Of a stretch of 64,000 nt of DNA, positions 53,155-64,000 are shown piece after piece. A program made the translations under genes and the position numbers. Each line of letters begins with the position of its first letter. Within the stretch, counting starts at the first letter, position 1. The notes beneath the pieces are model-generated. The model did not search any database and was not told where the DNA came from. It saw nothing but the letters and a program-made list of their open reading frames with translations. This DNA comes from Histomonas meleagridis 2922-C6/04-290x (taxonomy: Eukaryota; Protista; Parabasalia). The stretch covers positions 62,001 to 126,000 of the forward strand of contig JAANOX010000190.1 in assembly GCA_020184695.1 (NCBI GenBank), given 5' to 3'.

Positions 53155-55587
53155 TTGTACCCTTTTGCAGTTGAGCCAATTGCAGATATAATTGATGCAT
53201 TTTTGGTTCTACATAGCCCAAGCTCAAAATATTTTTCTGCTGTATGTCCTTATTATATTACAATTTTTGATAATTTGCTACCAACACATCCACAGATATT
53301 TTTTTCACATAGATATTTTAACACTCCAAACGAACTTGAATGTATTCAGTGGTTTCAATGGATAACAGATGATTCATATGGTTTTGGTTCAAATACAGGA
53401 AATTTTTTTATAATTAGCAATTTTCTATCTAAACCAAATGAAATAGCTATAAGCTTAGATTCACATATATCTTCTGTGTTCACAGCACATGAACATCTTT
53501 GTATAATTAATTCAGAATCAACAATCTTTTTTTTCGATATGAATGGGAAAATTACAAAACGAACGCACCTTGAAATTACCAACCCTATTAGAGTATGCAC
53601 ATATTTATCAAATTCCAAATTACTCTTTTTTATTAAAAATCGTTTAGCATCAATTCAAATTCCTCAGTCTTTTACTAACTGGACGCCTACTCTTAAGCTA
53701 CATAATATTATTCATGCCTCATTATTTGCGATTAATTACAAGTTCTCCAAACTTGCTTACAGCACATTTGAGAACTTTATTTATTTGACAGATTTAGAGA
53801 CCGTTAATTCCGAAAACAAAGAATTATTCCAAATTGAATTTGGGATAAAGAAAATGTTTTGGGTTAATAATGAAACTCAGTTATGTATTATCACATCTAA
53901 TGACATTCTTTGTCTATGGGATATTTTCGATAATACCAGAATTTTTTTTCATGTATCAAATTTATTAACTATTATTTCCATATCATATGATGAAATTACC
54001 AAAACGTTATTATATATTAATGATTATTCATTAATAAAGTTAACATTTTTAACGATATCGAATAATTTATTTATTACTTCCAAAAACATTTATTCGCTCA
54101 CAAACAAAAAGAAAATTCATTTAAATTCCGAAATATTTTACCCAATACAAATTGCGACTAAATCATTAAAGAATTATATTGCGATTTATAATGGGATTTT
54201 AGTTATAACCAAAATCAAAGAAGAAATACATTTTAAAAACGTCGAAAATGTTAAACATTTAATTTGGCTTCATAACAAATTAATAATTTTCACCAACAAT
54301 AATATGTTTATATACACCAAAACATTAAAATTCATTGGAAACATTTATATTTCGAATCCGATTTCAACTATTTCACACACATTAAATCGAATCGTTACAA
54401 GTTATCGAAATAATTTCATTGTTTATGACTTCGATTCGAATAATAACTTCGATAAAACATTAAATTTGAAATATTCGATTTCCAATTTCGATTATGATGA
54501 TTTATCATTAAATATAATAACATTTAAAACAATTGGAACATTAAAAAATGTAATTTGTGGATTTGAAGATGAAATTTTTTTACATTTTGAAGACAAAAAA
54601 TTATATTTACTAAAAAATATGGAAATAATTGAAGAAAACGTCGAAAAAATTTGGAACAATTTCATTCCAAATTTAGTTTTCATACAAACGAATTTATATA
54701 TTAAAATTTATGATGGAAATATATTCCATAAAATCGATTTATATAATAACATAATAACTTCGAATGAAATTTTTTTGGTTACAAAAAATATACGAAATGA
54801 AATTTTCGAAATTGGAAATTTTCCTTTTGTTTGGAATAATTTCGTTAATTCTCTTCTTAAGGAATTAATTCGATTTCCAAACAATTGTTATTTCTTTGCT
54901 AAGAAGTTATTTCCGATTTCAAACTTTTTTAAAGTGTTTAACGATTTGTTATTTTTTTCGATTCGTAATAATTATATAAATAATTTCATTAAATTCATAA
55001 ATTGTTTTGAAGAAAATGAAAAAAATGAAATAATTCAAAACATTGATAAAAATTTGTTGATAAATCTCATCGAATATGAATTTGATTTCTCGAATTTGTT
55101 TGATAAGTTCCAACAAAAAGAACAAATTCGAATTTTAATATTTTCGAGTCCAAATTCTTTTGTTAACATTTTATATAAATTTAAATCGAATATTTTGGAA
55201 ATCGATTTAACTTCAATAGTAAAAAAAATGCTGAAAAGTAATGAATGGATTCGTTTGGCGTTTTTTTCACAGTTTTTCGATATTAAAATTTCGAATTTGT
55301 TACAAAATATTCGTTTTATTAATTTTAATAATTTTTTGAATTTGCTTTTAACAGATATAAAAAAATGGAAAAACATCGAAAAAAATCAATCCTTAAAAAT
55401 GTTATGTTTCTCATTTATTAACGAAGAGATTAATGAATGTGCTGCTGCTATTTTATGTGTTTTAAAGGATAAAATAAAATTGAAATTCTTGATCTCAAAC
55501 GATTTATCATTAATTCCAATATTAAAAAATTATATAGAAAATAACCCAAATTCAAACATTTCGGATTTTCTGCGTGGAATGTTATAA
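53155..55587 (+). CDS. Large AT-rich hypothetical protein, beta-rich N-terminus and helical C-terminus (possibly RIC1-like)
   Basis: 810-codon open frame; family not established. Confidence 0.6.
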   Translation: MYPFAVEPIADIIDAFLVLHSPSSKYFSAVCPYYITIFDNLLPTHPQIFFSHRYFNTPNELECIQWFQWITDDSYGFGSNTGNFFIISNFLSKPNEIAISLDSHISSVFTAHEHLCIINSESTIFFFDMNGKITKRTHLEITNPIRVCTYLSNSKLLFFIKNRLASIQIPQSFTNWTPTLKLHNIIHASLFAINYKFSKLAYSTFENFIYLTDLETVNSENKELFQIEFGIKKMFWVNNETQLCIITSNDILCLWDIFDNTRIFFHVSNLLTIISISYDEITKTLLYINDYSLIKLTFLTISNNLFITSKNIYSLTNKKKIHLNSEIFYPIQIATKSLKNYIAIYNGILVITKIKEEIHFKNVENVKHLIWLHNKLIIFTNNNMFIYTKTLKFIGNIYISNPISTISHTLNRIVTSYRNNFIVYDFDSNNNFDKTLNLKYSISNFDYDDLSLNIITFKTIGTLKNVICGFEDEIFLHFEDKKLYLLKNMEIIEENVEKIWNNFIPNLVFIQTNLYIKIYDGNIFHKIDLYNNIITSNEIFLVTKNIRNEIFEIGNFPFVWNNFVNSLLKELIRFPNNCYFFAKKLFPISNFFKVFNDLLFFSIRNNYINNFIKFINCFEENEKNEIIQNIDKNLLINLIEYEFDFSNLFDKFQQKEQIRILIFSSPNSFVNILYKFKSNILEIDLTSIVKKMLKSNEWIRLAFFSQFFDIKISNLLQNIRFINFNNFLNLLLTDIKKWKNIEKNQSLKMLCFSFINEEINECAAAILCVLKDKIKLKFLISNDLSLIPILKNYIENNPNSNISDFLRGML

Positions 55588-55624
55588 CTTAGAATGTAAT
55601 AAAAATGTATATATATTTTCAAAT

Positions 55625-56200
55625 TTAAATTTTTTGATTAAAATATTTTGTGATAAGGGTAAAAATAACCGTCAAACAAGGGTAAAGTGGATTTGAAATA
55701 TTTGAAATTTGTGAGAGTTGGCGGTTAATCAGAGTCAAAAAGCTTTGAAGCGTTGAGCCCATTTCTGGTGTGAAAGGAGTATCAATTTTGGTTAACGCTC
55801 CAAAAACCCATCCAAGCTCGTTTTTAGATAGAAATGATTTCCTTTTTTCAAAATAATGTATTATGCTCCATACATCTTTTTGATTACGGATATCGTCGAC
55901 GGTTGGCGGTTGTCCTCTTTCAATTGCTTGAACGATAGAGTCAAAATTATTTTCTCCTTCCGGATATTGATTAACATGTTGTCTGACATAAACAAACCAA
56001 TGAGAAAGCTTACTGGACCACTCTTTGTTTGGTAGAAGTTGTGCCGAAATTTTGGGTGAATTTAAAATTTCTTCGACAAATTTGATTTCACGAGCTACAC
56101 TTGTCGGAGCTGTGACATTGTTAGAACATTTTTGGCAATTAGCTGTTTGAGTTCGACTTAGTTTAAGATATTGTTCAGCAGTAAGTTCGTTTGGATTCAT
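55625..56200 (-). CDS. Gemin2/Brr1-like SMN-complex protein
   Basis: TAEQYL at the N-terminus, LLPNKEW...F, WVFGALTKIDTP, and terminal LITKYFNQ match the Gemin2 pattern. Confidence 0.7.
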   Translation of the reverse strand: MNPNELTAEQYLKLSRTQTANCQKCSNNVTAPTSVAREIKFVEEILNSPKISAQLLPNKEWSSKLSHWFVYVRQHVNQYPEGENNFDSIVQAIERGQPPTVDDIRNQKDVWSIIHYFEKRKSFLSKNELGWVFGALTKIDTPFTPEMGSTLQSFLTLINRQLSQISNISNPLYPCLTVIFTLITKYFNQKI

Positions 56201-56358
56201 TTGGCCTACTTCTAGTTGTAAAGTATTGAATTAATGTCACTTTTCTCACACATAAATTAACCGCTTAGCGGCTATATAGCCAAACGGCATGAACACAAAA
56301 TTCAATTGGGAAAACGATAAATTTCTGGCGGTTATAAAATAGTTGCTTGGAAGGAAAT

Positions 56359-57153
56359 ATGAGCACTGGAACCGCATTTGATACTATATTTAAGTTTTTT
56401 ATCCAAGCTTGTGTTATCTTTGTCGCTTCTATTGTTATGATAATAGTTGGCGCAGTGTTTTGGGCAAAAAATGGAGATGTTTATCAATCAATTCAGTCTA
56501 TAGTATCACTTCCTTTAAGACCTTCACTAGAAAAACCTCGTGATATGTACATGGTTTCAAATTTAACAGAACCATCACTTTTAACAGCTAACAATTTTTC
56601 GATGACATTTCAAGTTGATAGTAGTGGTGACTATTCTTTTTATCTTATTCATAACATGTTTGGTTATAGTGTTAATATTATAACAGAAAACAACAAAGAA
56701 GTGCAACTTTTTTCTTCGTTTAATATGAATTCCACGAATCTCACAGATGTTCAATATTCCTATATTTCAGATGTTGGCATTGATTTGAGTAATTTTTTAG
56801 TTGCAGATGATTATTTTAATATTCGTTGTCCAACGTCAACATTTATTACTGATTATTATTCCATCACTTCACAATGTTTAGTTCGCGAATATCCACTTAA
56901 ACTTTCAGGGCGATATACAGTTTCGTACATTGGGGATAGCTCTATTTCTACCACTAAAAACGTGATTGAGTTCATTAATTCGACATTTGTTCCGAACAAT
57001 TACATCGACATTCCCGAAGTATATTTGGGCGTTACCTTCTCATTGACATCGAGCTCAGTGGCAGGGAAAGTTATTACTATTGTCGGAATTGTACTTTGCG
57101 CTTTAATGATTGCTGAGTATATTTTCTTGTGCTGTCTTTGTTCTTGTCTGTAA
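56359..57153 (+). CDS. Two-TM membrane protein with large loop and Cys-rich tail
   Basis: N-terminal and C-terminal hydrophobic helices; tail LCCLCSCL. Confidence 0.75.
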   Translation: MSTGTAFDTIFKFFIQACVIFVASIVMIIVGAVFWAKNGDVYQSIQSIVSLPLRPSLEKPRDMYMVSNLTEPSLLTANNFSMTFQVDSSGDYSFYLIHNMFGYSVNIITENNKEVQLFSSFNMNSTNLTDVQYSYISDVGIDLSNFLVADDYFNIRCPTSTFITDYYSITSQCLVREYPLKLSGRYTVSYIGDSSISTTKNVIEFINSTFVPNNYIDIPEVYLGVTFSLTSSSVAGKVITIVGIVLCALMIAEYIFLCCLCSCL

Positions 57154-57788
57154 ATCTTTAGATCTGTTTAATAAAACGTGTTTCAGTTTCTTTTTTAAAT
57201 TTGGACTCGATGACGCCACTTTTTTCATCGGACCCGATGACACTTTTTTATTATAGATGATGAAAAAAGTGCCTCATCGATGGATTTGTAAAGTTCACAA
57301 TCAGGATTTCAGAGATTAACAACATTTTTTTGGCAAAATTCTTTTAAAGGTGCCATCATCGACGGTTTGAATTCAAAAATCATTCACTTTTGTGTAACAA
57401 AGATTCGAGTGAACGTAAACAGAAATTAACATCCATAATAAGTAGCCTTGTACCTGATGATGAAAAATGGCAAACGATACGTCATCGATGATCAACTCAT
57501 AAACCTTTATTCTTACATCCGATAAAATTTTGTCAAATTTTTCTCTATACAAGTATCTAATGAAATTTGTTTTGTTATTGGCTCTGACGGAGAACACATA
57601 TCTATCGGTTATTGATAATTGATTTTATTAGAGAGGATTTTCGAAAAAAAAATTATTTCGAAAAAAATGGTGATTTTTCAAAAAAACTAACTTTTTGAGT
57701 GATTCACTTGTAAAACAAAAACCACAAATTTCGAGTGGAATTTCACATAAACTATACAAAAAATGCACACAAAAATATTTTTTTATGA

Positions 57789-58310
57789 TTAATTTTGGTT
57801 CATTAAAACTTGATTTTGTTGATGTGCCACCCTAAGAGGATGCTCTGAAATATAAAAATTATTAAGAGCTATACATATTGCCATGATTGATGGAAACGAT
57901 TTAGATCGATCACTACTATACTGTTGTCTCAAGAAACCAAAATCCGATTTTAGTCTACCAAAATAGTTTTCCACTATTACACGATCTCTTTCGATCCGTG
58001 TATTGGTAGCTATTTCTTCTTGTGTAAGGTCTCTTCCTATTGGCTTTTTGATAGTGACGATAGCCTCCGGGTATCCCTGTGAGTTTAAACCAGTATACCC
58101 TTTTTTGAAAAGTACTCGAAAATGACGTACAATTTGTGTTCCGTTTTGCATTGTCATGTGCACAGACAAGAACCTCTCAAGCCACATGCTACCATTGAAT
58201 GCTTTCAAATCATGATCTGAACCTGGGATCCCTACAGAAAAAAGTGTACAGAGACCGTTAGGACTAACGAGAGCTTGTATTTTCACTCCACACATACCAT
58301 GTTCGAATAA
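57789..58310 (-). pseudogene. DDE_Tnp_4 (PIF/Harbinger/ISL2EU, IS5-like) transposase C-terminal fragment
   Basis: GVKIQALVSPNG, PGSDHD, KGY (catalytic D replaced by K), RVIVENYFGRLK. Confidence 0.85.
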
Positions 58311-58380
58311 AAAAATTGGTCTGCAATTAATTGAACTGCTGCCTTAAACATTTAATTCTGATAAAAATAACATTCCAACT

Positions 58381-58573
58381 CCACATGAATTTAGATATAT
58401 GTTTATTGACTTTGTTTTCTGGGATTCCTTCATATCTTTTATTAATTTTTTTTAAGTTGCCTCCAAAGTCTTTCTATCATTTGAGTGTGCGCTTTCGTTT
58501 CATGATCAACAAAATTACATGAATGATTCACAGTTTCATGCTCGTAATCATTGTCATCATCAAGAAAATCATA
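58381..58573 (-). pseudogene. Merlin/IS1595-type transposase C-terminal fragment
   Basis: YEHETVNHSCNFVDHETKAHTQMIERLWRQLK, then after a frameshift in an A-run EGIPENKVNKHISKFMW; matches the H.VNH..F....HT..IE..W..LK pattern. Confidence 0.75.
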
Positions 58574-58733
58574 TGCTTTCCAGCAATCAGAAATACATTA
58601 TTTTTTCGAAAATCCTCTATTCTATTTTTTGCAAAAAGCCAAACAGCGGTTTTGACCAAATTTGTTATTGAGTAATCTCATAGAAAATATTGAATTTATA
58701 TCCTTGAGGTTAGCTTCTCATAGGAAATTCCTC

Positions 58734-59536
58734 ATGCCTCCTAATTCCCGTGCAAGGTTAAGGAAAAGGCGAATTCAATTTTTTCTAGTGTTTCAAGGGG
58801 TTGTTGTTCTTATTATTGCTGTTATTATTCTTATAATTGGTATAATATTATGGGTAGTATACAATTCAGGTTTTAAAAAACAAACGAAATTTATGGCACC
58901 ACTTCCTTTAAGACCTTCACTAGAAAAACCTCGTGATATGTACATGGTTTCAAATTTAACAGAACCATCACTTTTAACAGCTAACAATTTTTCGATGACA
59001 TTTCAAGTTGATAGTAGTGGTGACTATTCTTTTTATCTTATTCATAACATGTTTGGTTATAGTGTTAATATTATAACAGAAAACAACAAAGAAGTGCAAC
59101 TTTTTTCTTCGTTTAATATGAATTCCACGAATCTCACAGATGTTCAATATTCCTATATTTCAGATGTTGGCATTGATTTGAGTAATTTTTTAGTTGCAGA
59201 TGATTATTTTAATATTCGTTGTCCAACGTCAACATTTTATTACTGATTATTATTCCATCACTTCACAATGTTTAGTTCGATGAATATCCACTTAAACTTT
59301 CAGGGCGATATACAGTTTCGTACATTGGGGATAGCTCTATTTCTACCACTAAAAACGTGATTGAGTTCATTAATTCGACATTTGTTCCGAACAATTACAT
59401 CGACATTCCCGAAGTATATTTAGGAATTGTGATATCTCTCACAAACAGATCAATAGCTGGGATGGTAATAACAATTACCGGAATTGTGCTTTCGGTCTTA
59501 ATGATTATTGAAATTTTCGTGACAGTGAATGTGTAA
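58734..59536 (+). pseudogene. Frameshifted tandem paralog of 56359
   Basis: 58900-59421 matches 56507-57026 except for two +1 changes; in-frame stop at 59246; the diverged C-terminal TM is still readable to TAA 59536. Confidence 0.8.
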
Positions 59537-60389
59537 TTTTTAGAAATTATGTGTTAAGGTTGTACTATAAACGGTCGCCACCGGAAAAATATTGTTTTGT
59601 TAATAAATCAATACGAATTTATAAATTTAATCTGTAAATCAAAAAAATATTTATAATTGTTAATGCTCTTTGTTAGATACTAAATTATTTTAATTTTAAT
59701 TTTTTTATGATAGATAATCAATTTCACTTTAAATTATAAAGTTGAAAAATCTTTTTATTACATTTTTTTAAATTATATGATATATTTAAATTTTTTATTG
59801 ATTTTGATTTATATTCAGTTAATATTGAGTTCCTTTAATTTTAAAATCAAAAAATCATGAAAATTGATTTTGAAATATAATAAACAACATAATAATCCCA
59901 ATTGACGTTACCATATTATTTTAGTAAATTATTATTTGATTTGGAGATAAAAACGTTTACAACAAGACCATACGATTAAAAAACATAGAAAAAATATGAA
60001 AAGCTGGAACGTAAAAAACCTGTTTTCATATATATTTTCATTATTATTATTTATATTTAAATATCATTCTCTTACATCAAATAAATGACATTTGTATACA
60101 TATTTTAAATTTAAAAAATAATATGATAATATTATCATGTAATTTGCAATTGGAAATTTTTTTCAAAATTTCTCCAATATCTCTTCATTACTTTATTTTA
60201 AATATTATTTACAATATCTTGATGTTGTTTATTTCATTTTATCTCTTATATCCATTCTCGATTCATTTTAAGTTTCATTTTTTTATGATTAAATCATCAA
60301 TCAAATTTCGAATGTTTCGTCATTTTTATTTTTATTCAAAAAAATCAGGCATTAAAAATTGGAAACTTTTGATCTAACGTTTTTTCTAA

Positions 60390-62630
60390 ATGAACCCTTT
60401 GGAAAAATCACAAAAATTCATAGGAAACAAAAATGACCTTGATGATATGGATTTAGCATTAACCACAAAACTAATTCCCCCACATGGAGTTTCAGTTGAT
60501 GGGTCACGAATTCCAGAAAAATATCACATTGTAAGAAAATTTCCAATTTTTCCAAAGGATTATGCTGACCAAGGTTATCGAGTATATAATAAAGATGGTG
60601 AGTGGTATGTTGTTTTATGGCCATCTGCAAATCCAGATTCAAAACAAGACATCACTAATTTATCAGATGCAGTTCGCATAATGCTTGATGAATTACAAAC
60701 TGCAACAAGCATCAAACCTGATACATCCAAAGTTCAAGACATACAAAAAGCGAAATCAATTGCATCCCAAATTATTCATTCATTTGATAAACGGTGTACA
60801 TTACTTAAGGTAGCACTTGATGAAATTGCGCGACAAGTATCAGCACATTGTAATGAACGGGGAACATTATTATCTTTTCTCATAAATGACTTGATGGAAA
60901 CATTCAAAGAAATTCCGAAGCAGTACAATTCTGCTCTGAAAATTTCAAAGAAAGAAGTTGATCAACTCAAAGTTTCACTTGAAGCAAAAGATTTAGAACT
61001 TCAATCTCAATCGAAGAATTACAAAGAGCAAATATCGCTTTTAATGTTAGAACGAAAGATCGAAAAAGAATGGCGCGAACAAATAAATGAACAAATCAAG
61101 AAATGGAAAAATGATTTCGAGTCATATAAAGAAAGAGCGCAAAACCAAATCAAAATCGAAAAAGAAATCTTAGAACATCAAATGGAAGGACTAAATGATA
61201 TAATAACTGAACTTCGACTCGAAAACGATTCTTTAAAAGAACAAATTCAATTTCAACGAAATGAATTATTGAAGTCAGAGAAAAAATATATTTTATTTGA
61301 GAAGCAAATCCAAATATTAAGTCAAAAGAACGAAAGACTTAAATTAAAGCTATCTAAATCCGAGAATTTCAAATCACAAGAAATTACTATTCAAGACAAT
61401 CAAATTAATGACATTTGTAATGAACTTGTGAATGAATCGATGCTGAAAAGTTTAATAACAAATTATACGCCAGAAAAAGAAATTCACATTTTAAGTAATA
61501 ATGAGATTTCGAAAATAACTTTCGATTTAATGAATGAAATGTATAACACATTAGCATTTGATCCATTTGATGATTTTTATACAAAACATTTAATAGTAAC
61601 TGAAGATAACTTAATACACGCGTCAGAAATCGCTCGGAATTATATTGTCTCGATTAAAAATACTGAAAACACATTTCTTTTTTCGAAATTAATTTTTTCT
61701 TTTTTGAAACGTGAAATTCCAATTGGCGTCTTAATGAATTTAATTCGTTTTTATGGATTTTATCAATCAAAACCATTCCAAATCAAAAATATCATTGAAC
61801 AAGAAAATGGAATTCCTTTAATACCAATTACGATAATCTTTAATTTAATAAAATTAATGTTTGTGAAATTAGGGGATGTATTTATTAATTCATTAATTGA
61901 AGAAATGAAAACATTTCAAATTGAAGAAAGACATGAAAAATATATTTCGTTTGATTCTGTTTTAAAAGTTATTTCTGAGAAATTAATTGTTTTTTATAGC
62001 CAAAAATATACTGACGCGATAAGTTCATTCAATAGAACATTTATTCGATATAAAAGAAATATTCTTTCGAACGTCGGTAATGAGAATTCACATGTCGCAA
62101 GACTCGATTGGAAGAATTTTAATGAATTAATGAAAAAGTTTCGAACTGATTTAAAAGATAATGATATTATAAAAATGTATTTTAATTGTTTAATATATTC
62201 TGATTCGATCGGAAGTATCACGTTGGATGCTTTTGATACTTTATGTTTATCAAAACAAATTCACGTCGACTTAATTGATGTTCCTGGGTATAAGTTCCGG
62301 AATACAATAAAAAATGATATACCGCAAAATATGGTCGCGAAAATAGAAAATGAATGGAATGATAACTTAAAAATAAAAATAAATAACTCGATGACTGAGT
62401 TAAATAAGAATGATATAATGCAAAATAAAGTTTTATTGTTATCGAATATTATTAATATAATAGAAAGCTATTTAAATAATAAAGACGCAGGTCCTCTTTT
62501 ATTAATGATGCTAAAAGAGGCAGCATATATTATAGAAAAGGAAACAATTCCATTTGCGTCTGATTTATCATTTGATAATTGTCTTTCGATTCTTGGAAAT
62601 CAATTTTCAGTTTTAAATTTAAGGAATTGA
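60390..62630 (+). CDS. Axonemal dynein light-chain-domain coiled-coil protein
   Basis: DEIARQVSAHCNERGTLL matches the Ax_dynein_light ELIRQV..C.ERG.LL motif, followed by a coiled coil. Confidence 0.65.
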   Translation: MNPLEKSQKFIGNKNDLDDMDLALTTKLIPPHGVSVDGSRIPEKYHIVRKFPIFPKDYADQGYRVYNKDGEWYVVLWPSANPDSKQDITNLSDAVRIMLDELQTATSIKPDTSKVQDIQKAKSIASQIIHSFDKRCTLLKVALDEIARQVSAHCNERGTLLSFLINDLMETFKEIPKQYNSALKISKKEVDQLKVSLEAKDLELQSQSKNYKEQISLLMLERKIEKEWREQINEQIKKWKNDFESYKERAQNQIKIEKEILEHQMEGLNDIITELRLENDSLKEQIQFQRNELLKSEKKYILFEKQIQILSQKNERLKLKLSKSENFKSQEITIQDNQINDICNELVNESMLKSLITNYTPEKEIHILSNNEISKITFDLMNEMYNTLAFDPFDDFYTKHLIVTEDNLIHASEIARNYIVSIKNTENTFLFSKLIFSFLKREIPIGVLMNLIRFYGFYQSKPFQIKNIIEQENGIPLIPITIIFNLIKLMFVKLGDVFINSLIEEMKTFQIEERHEKYISFDSVLKVISEKLIVFYSQKYTDAISSFNRTFIRYKRNILSNVGNENSHVARLDWKNFNELMKKFRTDLKDNDIIKMYFNCLIYSDSIGSITLDAFDTLCLSKQIHVDLIDVPGYKFRNTIKNDIPQNMVAKIENEWNDNLKIKINNSMTELNKNDIMQNKVLLLSNIINIIESYLNNKDAGPLLLMMLKEAAYIIEKETIPFASDLSFDNCLSILGNQFSVLNLRN

Positions 62631-62859
62631 ACAAAAGAAAATTAGCATTCAAGAAATTCATATATTCTTGAGCTTAGCAATTTCGTCGGTGAGACATATG
62701 GAAAGATTGGATAGATTGGCGGTGAAGGCGTATGCTATTGATGATGTGATTAATACAATTTCTAATGAATAAATAAATAAAAATTTGGTCAATAAATATT
62801 ATAAATATATCAAAATAAAGTGTTAAGTAGTATACAATTACAATATATTTAATTTTCCA

Positions 62860-62915
62860 TTTGATGTAATTGTTCGGAACAAACGTCGAATCAATGAACT
62901 CAATCGCATGACCAT
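62860..62915 (-). pseudogene. Third, tiny relic of the 56359 family
   Basis: HAIEFIDSTFVPNNYI versus NVIEFINSTFVPNNYI. Confidence 0.7.
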
Positions 62916-63117
62916 TTTTAGTGATTTTTATATACCTTTTTCGCCTAATTTTGTTTTCAATATTGGATTTCAATATGACCAATTCATGATATAACAACAT
63001 AATTGAAGAGATATCTCAATTAATTGTTAAGTATTAAACAATTACCATAAATTTAATTTTCTATAATTAAACAGATTTAGGGAAACACTTCTATCAATAA
63101 ATCAAGCAATTTTTAGT

Positions 63118-63890
63118 TTGAATGAAGAAAATTTCTCTAGATCTTTGGGCTTAATAATCAACAAATTTGATGAAATCTATCCTTTATCTTATGATTTAAT
63201 CATTATTCAAATGATATATTATTCCTTTGTAATTAAAAACAATAAAGTAAATTTATTTTTGAATATTATACAAGAAATAAGAAAATTTGAAGAGTGTAAT
63301 AAAATCAATTCGAATATATTTGATGTTTTTGGTCGATTTCTTAATGGTAAACATCATTTGAATATAAAAATATATTATTAGGTATTTGACTAATATTTAC
63401 AATTCCATTTTATTGGTACTTAAATTAATAACACAATTCTAATTAACTATATAGTTCTATGTAATCTGATCGGTATATGAATTGTTTTCATTTTGCTTCA
63501 TTTTGCTTCATTTTTAAATCCTTAAAAACAACTTTAAGTACTGTTGTACTTGGGGATACTATCTGTAAATATTCTTTGATAATAAATCAAAAGAATTTAA
63601 TAAATTAGAAGAATTAGGAAAGCTTTGTATTTTGTATCATAATGATGAAATATTTTCATTTTTACTTAAAGAAGGAATGAAAATCAATGATGATATTAAT
63701 AATGAAGCAGCAAATATTGGAATATTTTCTGAATTATCATTCAAATCCGCATGATATTTTGGTGCTTTCAGCAGGATCAAGAAATATTTGGAAATAATAC
63801 AAATTGTTTAATACTGCACTTATCTATGCATCTGAAAAAGGTTATACAGAAATAGTTAAATTACTTCTTGAGCAAGAATTCAAAATAATG
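63118..63890 (+). pseudogene. Fragmented relic of the DUF3447-ankyrin family
   Basis: IINKFDEIYPLSYDLIIIQMIY matches the 46033 N-terminus; EIFSFLLKEGMKINDDI; and TALIYASEKGYTEIVKLLLEQE at 63813. Confidence 0.75.
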
Positions 63891-64000
63891 GATCAATTCC
63901 AATAATATTCAAATTACATGTAATTCCAAACATTCGTACACAAATCACCAAATTTCTGTATTTTTGTTGACGTGGGTTTTGATTCAGGCTGTTATTATCA

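Larger units (their letters stand above)
57632..58618 (-). mobile_element. 987-bp non-autonomous DNA-transposon remnant with 18-bp inverted ends, containing two different transposase fragments
   Basis: AGAGGATTTTCGAAAAAA at 57632-57649 and its exact reverse complement at 58601-58618. No TSD could be identified. Confidence 0.7.

Noticed and set aside
57620-58630. Target-site duplication for the transposon remnant
   Set aside because: Flanks tested for 2-, 3- and 8-bp duplications did not match.
1060-62221. Numerous short antisense or overlapping ORFs in the track (for example 2054-2599, 4658-5035, 10659-11252, 12053-12580, 19676-20143)
   Set aside because: They are shadows of real CDS, codon bias or stalk repeats, with no independent motifs.
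1-64000. rRNA, tRNA or snRNA genes
   Set aside because: No GC-rich structured segments, tRNA T-loop/D-loop motifs or conserved rRNA blocks were recognised by eye; an Infernal/tRNAscan-SE run would be decisive.

Overview
This is AT-rich, nearly intron-free eukaryotic DNA that looks like a parabasalid (Tritrichomonas/Histomonas-type) genome. The assignment rests on BspA LRR surface proteins, an initiator-binding-domain protein, DUF3447-type ankyrin genes and trichomonad M3/M5 promoter motifs before RPS8. About 25 intact genes are present: katanin p80, NEK kinase, PP1-like phosphatase, TAF1B/Rrn7-like, exportin-like, RPS8, Rab, Gemin2-like, a FN3+homeodomain protein, three BspA genes, a bacterial-type PLP decarboxylase cut by the window edge, and others. 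They are interspersed with deletion-riddled gene relics and a composite DNA-transposon remnant. The strongest candidate for an undescribed system is in two paralogous ankyrin genes (33030-36358 and 46033-48662) plus a relic near 63790. Every canonical ankyrin repeat is interrupted at the same point, between ...NAK and TAL... at the beta-hairpin, by an AT-rich insert of 20n+3 nt (63, 83, 103, 123 or 243 nt; one of 66). The inserts are built from 20-nt modules, most ending in ATTT. Most bring stops and/or frameshifts and have no consistent GT-AG ends, yet the flanking ankyrin segments and terminal exons are intact. This suggests non-canonical introns, recoding or programmed rearrangement, none of which can be proven from DNA alone. 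No rRNA, tRNA or CRISPR array was found.
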